Below are positions 9,475 through 18,821 of a stretch of DNA of 64,000 nucleotides, piece after piece. Below the pieces are notes generated by a model. The model saw only the letters and a list, made by a program, of their open reading frames with translations, did no database searches and was not told the origin of the DNA. The stretch spans positions 804 to 64,803 of the forward strand of contig CAZUCA010000009.1 in NCBI GenBank assembly GCA_964619125.1, given 5' to 3'. The translations under genes and the position numbers were made by a program. Each line of letters opens with the position of its first letter. Position 1 is the stretch's first letter. This DNA comes from an uncultured Owenweeksia sp. GTDB taxonomy: Bacteria; Bacteroidota; Bacteroidia; Flavobacteriales; Schleiferiaceae.

Positions 9475-10299
9475 CTAGCTGCCTTCAGGGTCCTCTGCAA
9501 ATTCCACTATCTCCTCATATTGGTTGTAGCCGGCGGGAGGACCATCAAAGTCATTGAAATTGCGGGCCGCGGAAGCAATGCGCAGCATCAACATTTCACG
9601 GGCCTCCGCTATTATCGCCTTTACGGCGCTGTAATCGCTCGCTATCAGGTTGAATTCGTTGAGGGCATCATCCCACTCCTTGCCGGGGTGTTGCTGAGCA
9701 ATGGCCAGGCGAATGGCCTGCATTACCGGGCGCTGGTTCAGGTATTCATTCTGCATTTCCATGCTGGCCTGGTGCAGGGCACAAAACAGGCTCCAGCGAA
9801 AGGGGTATGAAATACTGTTGCAGTATTGATCGCATTCCTTACACCAACTGCGACCGCCTGCCATTAGTTGTTCGGCCCGGTCGAGGATGCGCAGATCCTC
9901 TACGGAGGGCCGGTTTTCGGCCCCAAAACGGGTGTAGCGGTCAGAGCCAGGCGGCTTCAGGGTAATGCTCAGCAGACTGTCGTCAACGCTGGTCAAATGG
10001 TAAACCCGGCCAGCCGGCGCTTCTTCACAGTTGAGCCTGAATGACATGGGCTTGGCTGCGGGCTGAAAGCGGAAAAGGTAGCCACTGCTATCCTGGCGCA
10101 GGCCATCTACAAAAACAGGTTTAAAGCCGAGGGGAGCATAGCTGAGGCTAAAAAGCTCACCGCTGTCCCAGCTGGCAAAAAAGCGCAGATCATAGTTTTG
10201 ATTGCCCTGGCTGAGACGGCCAAAAACTTCCTCGTCCTGGATTTGAGCGTGACCACCGAGGCTGAACAGGCTCAGCAATAGAATAGCTAATTGTTTCAT
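9475..10299 (-). CDS. Secreted hypothetical protein with a C-terminal DUF6197-like domain
   Basis: Signal peptide MKQLAILLLSLFSLGGHA; C-terminal ILDRAEQL..W...C...WSLFCAL..AS...LNEFN pattern. Confidence 0.6.
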   Translation of the reverse strand: MKQLAILLLSLFSLGGHAQIQDEEVFGRLSQGNQNYDLRFFASWDSGELFSLSYAPLGFKPVFVDGLRQDSSGYLFRFQPAAKPMSFRLNCEEAPAGRVYHLTSVDDSLLSITLKPPGSDRYTRFGAENRPSVEDLRILDRAEQLMAGGRSWCKECDQYCNSISYPFRWSLFCALHQASMEMQNEYLNQRPVMQAIRLAIAQQHPGKEWDDALNEFNLIASDYSAVKAIIAEAREMLMLRIASAARNFNDFDGPPAGYNQYEEIVEFAEDPEGS

Positions 10300-10413
10300 G
10301 TCGAAAGAGTTGAGAGGGACAAAGTTACGAGCCTCCCTAAATCACGCAATAGCAGAGCCGCCCCCAAAATGGTGGGGTGTAAGCCACTAAAAATAAGAGG
10401 GGAGCTAAGGCTT

Positions 10414-10944
10414 TTAGCCTACAAAGCGCTCATCAACTTCCATCACGTGGCCGCAATTATCGCAGGTACGCAGCTCTTCGCTGGCGTAAAATTCACGAAA
10501 GCGTGGTAAAAAGTCCTTCTCGATATTGTCGAGATGGAAGTAAGTGTCGTGAAGCTTGTGATTGCAATTGTCGCAAAACCACATCAGGCCATCCTGGTGC
10601 TCGGGTTTGCGCACGCGCTCCACCACCAGTCCTATGGAGCCTTCAGAGCGGGCAGGTGAGTGGGGAACTTTGGCCGGGTGAAGATACATGTCGCCCGGGC
10701 CAAGCTGCATTTCCTTCGCCTGTCCGTCTTCCTGGATTTTCACCGTGATATTCCCTTCCAGCTGATAAAACAGCTCCTCGGTTTCATTGTAGTGATAGTC
10801 TTTACGGGCATTGGGCCCCCCTACAATCATTACGATGTAATCATTGCCGGCAGGGTAAAGGTTTTTGTTACCTACCGGTGGCTTTAAGAGGTCACGGTTT
10901 TCTTCGATCCACTTATGAAGGTTGAAGGGTTTGCTAATAGACAT
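10414..10944 (-). CDS. nbaC: 3-hydroxyanthranilate 3,4-dioxygenase
   Basis: VGGPNARKDYHYNETEE, PHSP, and rubredoxin-like CDNC...CDNC pairs. Start moved to the ATG at 10944. Confidence 0.95.
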   Translation of the reverse strand: MSISKPFNLHKWIEENRDLLKPPVGNKNLYPAGNDYIVMIVGGPNARKDYHYNETEELFYQLEGNITVKIQEDGQAKEMQLGPGDMYLHPAKVPHSPARSEGSIGLVVERVRKPEHQDGLMWFCDNCNHKLHDTYFHLDNIEKDFLPRFREFYASEELRTCDNCGHVMEVDERFVG

Positions 10945-11078
10945 TTCTGAGGCTTTTGCACGAAGGTAGTAAAGCTTTGTCTTTTGAAATAGGCTTAAAC
11001 CAGCATAAAAATAAACATCGTTAAGGGCCAATGGGTTGCATTGCTTCCGCCGCAGTGTTTAATAATTATATTCATCAA

Positions 11079-12071
11079 ATGAAGTACAATAAGCTTGGTA
11101 AGTCAGGGCTAAAGGTCAGTGAGTTGAGTTTTGGCTCCTGGATCACTTTTGGCCAACAGATTGACGACAATACCTCCAAAGAGCTGTTACAAACTGCCTA
11201 TGAGGGGGGCATTAACTTCTTTGACAATGCTGAAGCCTATGCGGCTGGCAAAAGTGAGGAGGTGATGGGTAAGTTGCTGCAGGGTTTCGGCTGGCGCCGC
11301 GATTCCTACATCCTTAGTTCCAAGGCGTTTTTTGGCATTTGGGGCCTTAAAGAGAGCAAGCCTACCCAAACCGGTAATAATATGAAGCACCTCACAGAGG
11401 CCTGTCACCAGGCCCTGGAGCGCTTGCAGACCGATTACCTCGATTTGTTCTTCTGCCATCGTCCGGACAAGGAGACCCCAATCAGCGAAACGGTTTGGGC
11501 CATGCATAAGCTGATAATGCAGGGTAAGGTGCTTTATTGGGGAACCAGCGAGTGGAGTGCCCAGGAAATAATGGAAGCGCATATGGTGGCCAGGGAGCAT
11601 CATTTGATTGGTCCCACCATGGAGCAGCCACAGTACAATATGTTTGTGCGCGAAAAGGTGGAAAAGGAGTTCAGTCAGCTTTATAAAACGGTGGGCCTCG
11701 GCACTACCATCTGGTCACCCCTGGCCAGCGGTATTCTCACTGGTAAATATAACGATGGCATGCCCGAGGATACACGGTTGAATATGGACGAATTGAGTTG
11801 GCTCAAAGACCGCAGTCTGGTGGAGGAAAACCTGGCCAAGGTGCGGAAGCTTAGCGATCTGGCCAATGAACTCAATACCAGCATGCCCTTACTGGCCCTG
11901 GCCTGGTGCCTTAAGAATGATGATGTCAGTACGGTTATCCTTGGCGCCTCTAAAACCCATCAATTGGAGGAAAACCTTAAGGCACCAGCAATAAAGGATC
12001 AGCTTACGCCAGAAGTAATGGAGCGCATAGAGGAGATTCTCGGCAACAAACCGCAAATGCCGCCTTTCTAA
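11079..12071 (+). CDS. Aldo/keto reductase, Kv-beta-like subfamily
   Basis: LGKSGLKVSELSFGSW, FFDNAEAY, YWGTSEW, EQPQYN, WSPLASG. Start moved to the ATG at 11079. Confidence 0.92.
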   Translation: MKYNKLGKSGLKVSELSFGSWITFGQQIDDNTSKELLQTAYEGGINFFDNAEAYAAGKSEEVMGKLLQGFGWRRDSYILSSKAFFGIWGLKESKPTQTGNNMKHLTEACHQALERLQTDYLDLFFCHRPDKETPISETVWAMHKLIMQGKVLYWGTSEWSAQEIMEAHMVAREHHLIGPTMEQPQYNMFVREKVEKEFSQLYKTVGLGTTIWSPLASGILTGKYNDGMPEDTRLNMDELSWLKDRSLVEENLAKVRKLSDLANELNTSMPLLALAWCLKNDDVSTVILGASKTHQLEENLKAPAIKDQLTPEVMERIEEILGNKPQMPPF

Positions 12072-12077
12072 AGGGCA

Positions 12078-12944
12078 CTAGTTTTTCCAACTGCCCATTT
12101 TGCCATTGCGGAAATCCCGGTAGGCCTGGGCGATTTCCTCGCTGGAATTCATCACAAAGGGTCCCTGCGCCACTATCGGCTCATTAAATGGCTCACCATG
12201 GCCAAAAAGTATAATGCTGTCTTCTTCGGCGCTTAAGGTCAGGGTATCGCCGTCATTGTCAAATTCCACCAGCTGGTAACGCTCTGCGCTCTCACCATTA
12301 ACCGACAGCCTGCCGCTTACTACATAAAAGAAGATAGTACGTTCCGTGGGCACAATCAGCTCCAGCTTGCCTCCTTGGCTTAACTCAAGGCTGCTCATCA
12401 TGAGGCCGGTGATCGAATTATGAGGGCCCTGATGTTCGCCCCAACTACCACTGATGAGGTTCACCTTAACCTGTCCTTCGTCCAGTTCAAAGTGACTAAG
12501 GTCGTCATAGCTATAGCCCTGGTACTGCGGTGCGGTCATTTTGTGTTTGGCAGGCAAATTCATCCACAGCTGCAGCAGATCCTCGCGGCCTCCTTTTTCC
12601 ATAAACTCCTCCGAGGAAACTTCGCTGTGAATAAGCCCGCTGCCAGCCGTCATCCATTGCACGCCGCCCGCAGATATTTTGTCGCTGCCCCCGGAAGAGT
12701 CTTTATGCACCACATCGCCGTCAATTACAAAGGTGAGGGTTTCAAAGCCGCGGTGGGGGTGGGGTCCGAAGGGGAGGCCATCATTATGGGGCGGGAAGTC
12801 CTGCGGGCCGTGGTGGTTGAGAAAGAGAAAGGGATCGAGGTGATCAATGCTGGCGGTGGGCAATGCCCGGTAGGTAATTAGCTCACCCAGGTCGGCCCTT
12901 ACTGCCTGGTGAATTTTTTTAACAGGACGCATAGCTGTATTCAT
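12078..12944 (-). CDS. Pirin family protein
   Basis: DPFLFLNH, HPHRGFET, HSE, QLWMNLP, EPIVAQGPFVMN. Confidence 0.93.
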   Translation of the reverse strand: MNTAMRPVKKIHQAVRADLGELITYRALPTASIDHLDPFLFLNHHGPQDFPPHNDGLPFGPHPHRGFETLTFVIDGDVVHKDSSGGSDKISAGGVQWMTAGSGLIHSEVSSEEFMEKGGREDLLQLWMNLPAKHKMTAPQYQGYSYDDLSHFELDEGQVKVNLISGSWGEHQGPHNSITGLMMSSLELSQGGKLELIVPTERTIFFYVVSGRLSVNGESAERYQLVEFDNDGDTLTLSAEEDSIILFGHGEPFNEPIVAQGPFVMNSSEEIAQAYRDFRNGKMGSWKN

Positions 12945-12948
12945 AGCA

Positions 12949-12976
12949 CAAAGATATAAATTTCAATGTTTAAACA
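12949..12976 (-). promoter_or_regulatory. Pirin promoter -7 element with an adjacent palindromic operator candidate
   Basis: TATCTTTG at 12949-12956 (minus strand) and a perfect palindrome TGTTTAAACA at 12967-12976. Confidence 0.45.
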
Positions 12977-13062
12977 ACAAATATGGGAACTGAGGTTTTC
13001 CTCTCTCAACCTTAGGCCTTACTTTAGGTTTTCCATCAGTATGAAAAGAACAAGGCCCCCGG

Positions 13063-15507
13063 GTGAAGTCTGAAGCGGAATTTTCTAAAGCTAAGCAGTG
13101 GTTTAAGTCCATGCAGTGGCAACCGGCGGCCTTTCAATGGGAGGCCTGGCAGGCTTATGCAGCTGGCTGCTCGGGCATTGTAAATGCCCCTACGGGGAGC
13201 GGCAAAACCTATTCGCTAATGATTCCATTGCTACTGGCAGAAGCGGAGCCAAAAGCCAAGGCCACCGTCAAGGGCTTGCGGGTCCTGTGGATTACGCCTA
13301 TCCGGGCCCTGGCTAAGGAAATCCTGCAAGCGGCCGAGCGGGCCATTGCCGGGATGGAACTGGATTGGACGGTGGGCGTGCGCACCGGTGATACCACTAC
13401 CGCGCAGCGGGCTCAGCAAAAAAAGCAAATGCCCAACCTGCTTATTACCACTCCGGAGAGTCTGCACCTTTTGCTGGCAACTAAAGATTATCCCCGCACT
13501 TTTCGCCAGCTCCAATGTGTGGTGGTGGATGAGTGGCACGAGCTGATGGGTAGCAAACGGGCGGTGCAAATGGAGCTGGCCCTTAACCGCTTGCGGGGCT
13601 TGCTGCCCGGGTTGAGGACCTGGGGTATTTCCGCTACCATCGGCAATATGGAAGAAGCTCAGGAAGTATTATTGGGCCCCACTTTCCCCCCTGAAAAAGT
13701 AAAACTGATCCGGGCCGATATCAACAAGCAGATAGAGGTGGCGAGCATTTTGCCGGATAAGGTGGAAACCCTGCCCTGGGCGGGTCACCTGGGCATTAGA
13801 ATGCTGGAAAAGGTAATTCCGATTATCAAGCAGAGTGAGAGTTGTCTCATTTTTACCAATACCCGTTCTCAGGCCGAAATCTGGTATCGCCGTATTCTGG
13901 AAGTGGCTCCGGAACTGGCCGGTGCCATTGCCATGCATCATGGCAGCATCAGTCGCGATTTGCGCTTTTGGGTGGAAGACGCCTTATACACCGGACAACT
14001 TCAGGCCGTGGTCTGCACTTCCAGCCTGGACTTAGGGGTGGATTTCCGGCCGGTGGAAACTATCGTGCAGGTAGGATCTCCCAAGGGAGTAGCGCGCTTT
14101 ATGCAACGTGCAGGACGCAGTGGACACCAACCCGGAGCCACCAGTCGCATTTATTTTGTGCCTACCCATACCCTGGAGTTGGTAGAGGCAGCGGCCTTGC
14201 GCGAGGCCATTCAGCAAAATATTATTGAGGAACGGATTCCCTACCTGCGTTCTTTCGATGTGCTTCTGCAATACCTGGTTACCCTCGCCGTATCGGATGG
14301 ATTTTATCCGGCGGAGATACTTGCGGAAATCCGTAAGACTTTTAGTTACCAGTCAGTAAGTGATGAAGAGTGGCAATGGTGTCTTGATTTTATTAGCAGT
14401 GGCGGTAAATCCCTGCAGGGCTACGACGAGTTTCATAAGGTGGAGATTCAGGAGGATGGTTTGTATAAGGTAAGCAGCCGGCGCACCGCCCAGCGTCATC
14501 GCATGGGCATCGGCACCATTGTGAGTGATGCCCTGATGCGGGTGAAATTTCAGGGGGGCGCTTTCCTGGGCACCATTGAGGAGTACTTTATTTCCCGCTT
14601 AAAGCCCGGTGATGTGTTTTGGTTTGCCGGTCGCAACCTGGAGCTGATCAGGGTGAAAGGCATGGATGCCCAGGTGCGTAAGGCCAATACCACCAAAGGA
14701 GTGGTGCCCAGCTGGCAGGGGGGCAGGCTGCCTTTATCGGCACAAATGGGGCAGATGCTGCGGCTGAAATTGCAGGAGAGTTTTGAACCGGCGGTTAAGG
14801 ATCCGGAGTTAAAGTTAATTGAACCGCTTTGGCAAACCCAGCAGGATCGGTCCCGCATTCCCATGGCCCACCAGTTTCTGATTGAAAAAATAAAGAGTCG
14901 CGAAGGTTATCACGCTTTCTTTTACCCCTTTGAAGGCCGATTCGTACATGAGGGAATGGCGGCGCTGCTGGCTTACCGCATTTCTCTCTTCAAACCAATC
15001 AGCTTTTCGATAGCGATGAACGACTACGGCTTTGAGCTGCTGGCCAGTGAGGATATTCCCATTGAAGAGGCGGTAGATTCGGATGTTTTCACCACCCGCG
15101 ATCTGCGGGCAGATATCGCACAGAGTGTAAACTCGGTGGAAATGGCCCGGCGGCGCTTTCGCGATATCGCCACCATTGCCGGGCTGGTCTTCAGAGGCTA
15201 CCCCGGTCAGCCCATAAAAGACCGTCACCTGCAGAGTTCTACTCAGCTTATTTTTGAAGTCTTTCACGATTACGAACCAGACAACCTGCTGCTTCAGCAG
15301 GCTTATGAAGAGGCCTTGGAGTTCCAGCTGGAGGAAAGTCGCTTGCGCCTGGCCCTGGAGCGCATAAATCAGCAGGAAATTGTGATTACCTACCCCCAAA
15401 AACCCTCCCCCTTTTGCTTCCCTATTATGGTAGACCGGCTGCGGGAACGACTCACCTCTGAGAGTTTAGAAGACCGGGTGGCAAAAATGAAGCTGGAATT
15501 TGATTAG
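13063..15507 (+). CDS. Ligase-associated DNA damage response DEXH-box helicase (Lhr-core type)
   Basis: APTGSGKT, VVDEWHE, SATIGN, HHGS, CTSSLDLGVDF, QRAGRSGH; C-terminal FPIMVDRLRE. GTG start. Confidence 0.93.
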   Translation: MKSEAEFSKAKQWFKSMQWQPAAFQWEAWQAYAAGCSGIVNAPTGSGKTYSLMIPLLLAEAEPKAKATVKGLRVLWITPIRALAKEILQAAERAIAGMELDWTVGVRTGDTTTAQRAQQKKQMPNLLITTPESLHLLLATKDYPRTFRQLQCVVVDEWHELMGSKRAVQMELALNRLRGLLPGLRTWGISATIGNMEEAQEVLLGPTFPPEKVKLIRADINKQIEVASILPDKVETLPWAGHLGIRMLEKVIPIIKQSESCLIFTNTRSQAEIWYRRILEVAPELAGAIAMHHGSISRDLRFWVEDALYTGQLQAVVCTSSLDLGVDFRPVETIVQVGSPKGVARFMQRAGRSGHQPGATSRIYFVPTHTLELVEAAALREAIQQNIIEERIPYLRSFDVLLQYLVTLAVSDGFYPAEILAEIRKTFSYQSVSDEEWQWCLDFISSGGKSLQGYDEFHKVEIQEDGLYKVSSRRTAQRHRMGIGTIVSDALMRVKFQGGAFLGTIEEYFISRLKPGDVFWFAGRNLELIRVKGMDAQVRKANTTKGVVPSWQGGRLPLSAQMGQMLRLKLQESFEPAVKDPELKLIEPLWQTQQDRSRIPMAHQFLIEKIKSREGYHAFFYPFEGRFVHEGMAALLAYRISLFKPISFSIAMNDYGFELLASEDIPIEEAVDSDVFTTRDLRADIAQSVNSVEMARRRFRDIATIAGLVFRGYPGQPIKDRHLQSSTQLIFEVFHDYEPDNLLLQQAYEEALEFQLEESRLRLALERINQQEIVITYPQKPSPFCFPIMVDRLRERLTSESLEDRVAKMKLEFD

Positions 15508-15715
15508 GCAATTATTGAAGATTTTCTAAAGGCGATAACGCCCTAATTTTCTACTGTTTAACCAGCTATTTTAAGAACTATTCTACCCGTCTGGTGGGGC
15601 TTGCAGTAAGGCCTGAACGATCATTTTGTGAACAAAAAGCGGCTATTTTTTTTGTAAAAAAAGCGGAAGCCGAAAAGCTTTAATCAGAGTAGGCACAACT
15701 AACCATTACACAAAC

Positions 15716-16270
15716 ATGAAACGTATACTGCTAACCCTGGGCTGTGTTTTGGCCCTTGCAATCCCCCACTCCACCCTTGCTCAAAAAGCCAATATCGGCC
15801 TCAACCTGGCCGGAGCACTGCCCCTCGGAAATCTTGATAATATGAGCGATTTTGGCCCCGGAGGGGATCTTACCTTCGATTACTATTTCAACGATCGCTT
15901 TGACCTTGGTGTGGAACTTGGCTATCGTCGCTTTGGTTATTCTGAACCTTTTGATGAACTGGAAATGAGCATTATGCCCCTGCTACTTACCGCCGGCCTG
16001 CACACCGACATCAGCGATAATATTGACCTTTATGGTGAACTCGGGGGTGGTGCTTATATGATCAGCAGACCATTTTTTGATTCGGAGGGCGCTGAATCAT
16101 CTGTGGATGAGACCTTTGGTGGTGTGTCTCCACGCATCGGCATGGCCATGGATTTGTCGGATTTACTCTTCCTCGACGTAAGCCTGGCTTATAACCATGT
16201 CTTTATCGAAAGTGACGACTTAAATTGGCTGGGCCTGAAAGTGGGCTTGTTGTACACTATCTTCGAATAA
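15716..16270 (+). CDS. Outer-membrane beta-barrel protein (OmpA-TM/porin-like), paralog 1
   Basis: Signal peptide, alternating amphipathic strands, C-terminal aromatic strand GLLYTIFE. Confidence 0.75.
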   Translation: MKRILLTLGCVLALAIPHSTLAQKANIGLNLAGALPLGNLDNMSDFGPGGDLTFDYYFNDRFDLGVELGYRRFGYSEPFDELEMSIMPLLLTAGLHTDISDNIDLYGELGGGAYMISRPFFDSEGAESSVDETFGGVSPRIGMAMDLSDLLFLDVSLAYNHVFIESDDLNWLGLKVGLLYTIFE

Positions 16271-16294
16271 GTTGATTTTTAAGTTTAGAGTATT

Positions 16295-16327
16295 AAGGCG
16301 GTGTCTGTAGGCAGCGCCTTTTTTTTT
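16295..16327 (+). terminator. Intrinsic terminator after OMP paralog 1
   Basis: AAGGCG...CGCCTT stem followed by a long T run. Confidence 0.7.
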
Positions 16328-16627
16328 GCCTAAGAAGGCGGTTGGAACAGTCTTAGCCGGCTGTTGCTTTTCGGCCTTAAGCAAGGCAGGTCTAATGACA
16401 GGGCCCGCTAAGAGGAAGGTGTTTTAGGGCAATAATCGCATTTAGAAGTGATTCTAGTAGATAATATTGCGGTGTTAACGCCTGATAGATAGCACTAAGC
16501 CAGCCAATGTTAATTACTTATTGTACTTAACCCGTTTAGTATATTGTAGGGTTTGGGAAGAAATACAATTTTTGCCCCCCTAAAAAGTTATTTATTTAAG
16601 TTACTTTTATACGAAACCAACCAATTA

Positions 16628-17398
16628 TTGAAGCCTGATAAAATAACAGCCCTTAAAAATCTGTGGCTCACTGAATCGGAAGATTACACGAGTTTACAGT
16701 CACCTGGAATCCAATTACTCGATCAGATTGCCGAGCTTGTTAGCCCCGGTGAACACTACTTCATGGTAATAGATTTTACCAATTTGTCAGTGGAGTATGT
16801 TAGCCCCAGTATTGAAAATAAACTGGGGATAAAGCCGGCTGATGCAAGTCTTGAAGCAGTGTGGAAATGTATAGCGAGCGAGGAGGAAGAAAGCTTACAA
16901 AAAAAGGAGGAGTTGACCGCCCATTTTTTTAGTGAGGTGGTCAGTCCTGAAGATGTTGCCCACTACAAGGCCGTCTACCAGTTGCGTCTTGGTAACAGTG
17001 ACGGTAATTATGTGCGCTACCTGCATCAGTCCATACCCCTGGCCATCAGTGACGGCGGCGCCATCCAACGGGCTCTGATTATCCATGTTGACGTTCAGCA
17101 CCTCAATATACCATCCAGTGATTATGTGAACTTTGTAGGATCAGACGGGCGGCCTTCCTACTACCATATTGATCCGGATAAGCCTGAGTTTAAAAGTGCT
17201 CAGAATCATCCTTTCAGCGAGCGTGAGCTGGAAATTATTGCCATGATCGCCCGTGGTCATACCCGTGAGGAGATTGCCGATGAACTATCTATTTCTCCCA
17301 ATACGGTAGCCACCCACCGTAAAAATGCTTTGCGTAAAAGTGGGTGCCGTACCCTGAACCAGCTGGTGGCAACCTGGGTGCGCAAAGGTCTTATTTGA
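16628..17398 (+). CDS. PAS-domain LuxR-family transcriptional regulator 1
   Basis: PAS-like N-terminus (YVSPSIENKLG); C-terminal LuxR HTH FSERELEII...EIADELSISPNTVATHRKN. Start uncertain (TTG at 16628 versus 16553). Confidence 0.85.
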   Translation: MKPDKITALKNLWLTESEDYTSLQSPGIQLLDQIAELVSPGEHYFMVIDFTNLSVEYVSPSIENKLGIKPADASLEAVWKCIASEEEESLQKKEELTAHFFSEVVSPEDVAHYKAVYQLRLGNSDGNYVRYLHQSIPLAISDGGAIQRALIIHVDVQHLNIPSSDYVNFVGSDGRPSYYHIDPDKPEFKSAQNHPFSERELEIIAMIARGHTREEIADELSISPNTVATHRKNALRKSGCRTLNQLVATWVRKGLI

Positions 17399-17422
17399 AA
17401 AAACCAATTTCTCTCTCCAATC

Positions 17423-18223
17423 ATGAAACAAGGCCCAAAAAAGATTAATGGCGCCAAGGCCTATGAGCAAATGAAGAAATACTGGACTGAGGGGGCGGAA
17501 TCAAAAATTCCGGTTGAGATTCCCTGTATGAAGAGTCTCGAAACCATGGCCCGTTTTATCAGTCCTGAAGATTACTACTATTTTATTTTTGATTTAGCCG
17601 AATCCTGTGTGAAGTCGGTCAGTGGGCGGGTGGAAAATGTGCTTGGCTATGAACCGGCACAATTTGACATCACCACTTACCTGGATAGGATGGAACCCCG
17701 GGACCTGGAAAAAATGCACGCCAAGGAAGCCACCGGCCGCCTTTTTTTCACTGAATTTATTGCCCCGGAGTTGATGAACAAATACAAGATTGTGTACACC
17801 TTTCGCATACGCAGAAAAGATGGCAGGCTTATCAACATTCTTCATCAAAGTATGCCTATTCACAAAAACACGGTAGGGCGTTTTCGCTACACTTTAAATA
17901 TAGATATGGATATTTCCCACTGGAAGTTACCGGAGTGTAACCGGGTTTCCTTTATCAGTACCAATGGCCAGCGTTCCTATTACAATATCGATCCCTTTAA
18001 TCCTGATTTTGAAGCTGCCGGCGACAGCGCGGGAATATTTACCCGCCGTGAAATTGAGGTTCTGGAAGCCATTGCGGCCGGTGCCACCAACCCAATGATT
18101 GCAGAGCAGCTGTCGGTTTCGCGTAACACAGTTGACACCCATCGCAAAAACTTACTCCGCAAATCAGGCTACAGCAATATTACTCAGCTTATCGCCGATT
18201 GTGTAAGACAGGGAATTATCTAG
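17423..18223 (+). CDS. PAS-domain LuxR-family transcriptional regulator 2
   Basis: SVSGRVENVLGY PAS-like region; HTH FTRREIEVL...IAEQLSVSRNTVDTHRKNLLRK. Confidence 0.88.
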   Translation: MKQGPKKINGAKAYEQMKKYWTEGAESKIPVEIPCMKSLETMARFISPEDYYYFIFDLAESCVKSVSGRVENVLGYEPAQFDITTYLDRMEPRDLEKMHAKEATGRLFFTEFIAPELMNKYKIVYTFRIRRKDGRLINILHQSMPIHKNTVGRFRYTLNIDMDISHWKLPECNRVSFISTNGQRSYYNIDPFNPDFEAAGDSAGIFTRREIEVLEAIAAGATNPMIAEQLSVSRNTVDTHRKNLLRKSGYSNITQLIADCVRQGII

Positions 18224-18244
18224 TTTTGATTATCGAAAATCAGA

Positions 18245-18820
18245 ATGAAAAGACATACTCTACTTGCCTTCTTACTATGCCTTAGCAGCCTTGTGGGCTT
18301 GAGCCAGGATTTGAAAATGGGAATAAAACTGGGTGCCGCAACCGCTATGGGCGATCTGGCTGAATATACCGGCAGTAGCCTGATGGCTGGTGCTAACTTC
18401 GATTATCGTATCAAGCCTTATTTCACCATCGGTCTGGATTTTCATTATATGGGCTTTGCCCTCGATACTTCCCGCCTGGATTTTGCCAGTACTCTCCTTC
18501 CCTTTCAGCTCTACGGCCACCTGCGGCTGCCGCTGGCCGATAATTTTTATCCCTATGCCGGTTTAGGAGGCGGTATTCTGTTTGTGCGCTATGGTTTTTC
18601 CCATGCTATTTCGGTAAAGCAAAGCTATTTTAACATCAGTCCACGGCTCGGGCTACAGTACGAAGTAGATGAGGAGCTTACTCTCGACCTGGCCTTTTTA
18701 TATCAACAGACCTTTGATAAACTGGGGGAAAGTGGGGACGGACTGGAACTGGGACTGAGCGACTATCGTTACTGGGCTTTTTCGCTGGGGCTGAGTTATG
18801 CTATCAGCGGCAATAATTAA
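18245..18820 (+). CDS. Outer-membrane beta-barrel protein, paralog 2
   Basis: Signal peptide; aligns by eye with 15716-16270 (GLGGG, SPRLG, terminal GLSYAI). Confidence 0.75.
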   Translation: MKRHTLLAFLLCLSSLVGLSQDLKMGIKLGAATAMGDLAEYTGSSLMAGANFDYRIKPYFTIGLDFHYMGFALDTSRLDFASTLLPFQLYGHLRLPLADNFYPYAGLGGGILFVRYGFSHAISVKQSYFNISPRLGLQYEVDEELTLDLAFLYQQTFDKLGESGDGLELGLSDYRYWAFSLGLSYAISGNN

Positions 18821-18821
18821 C

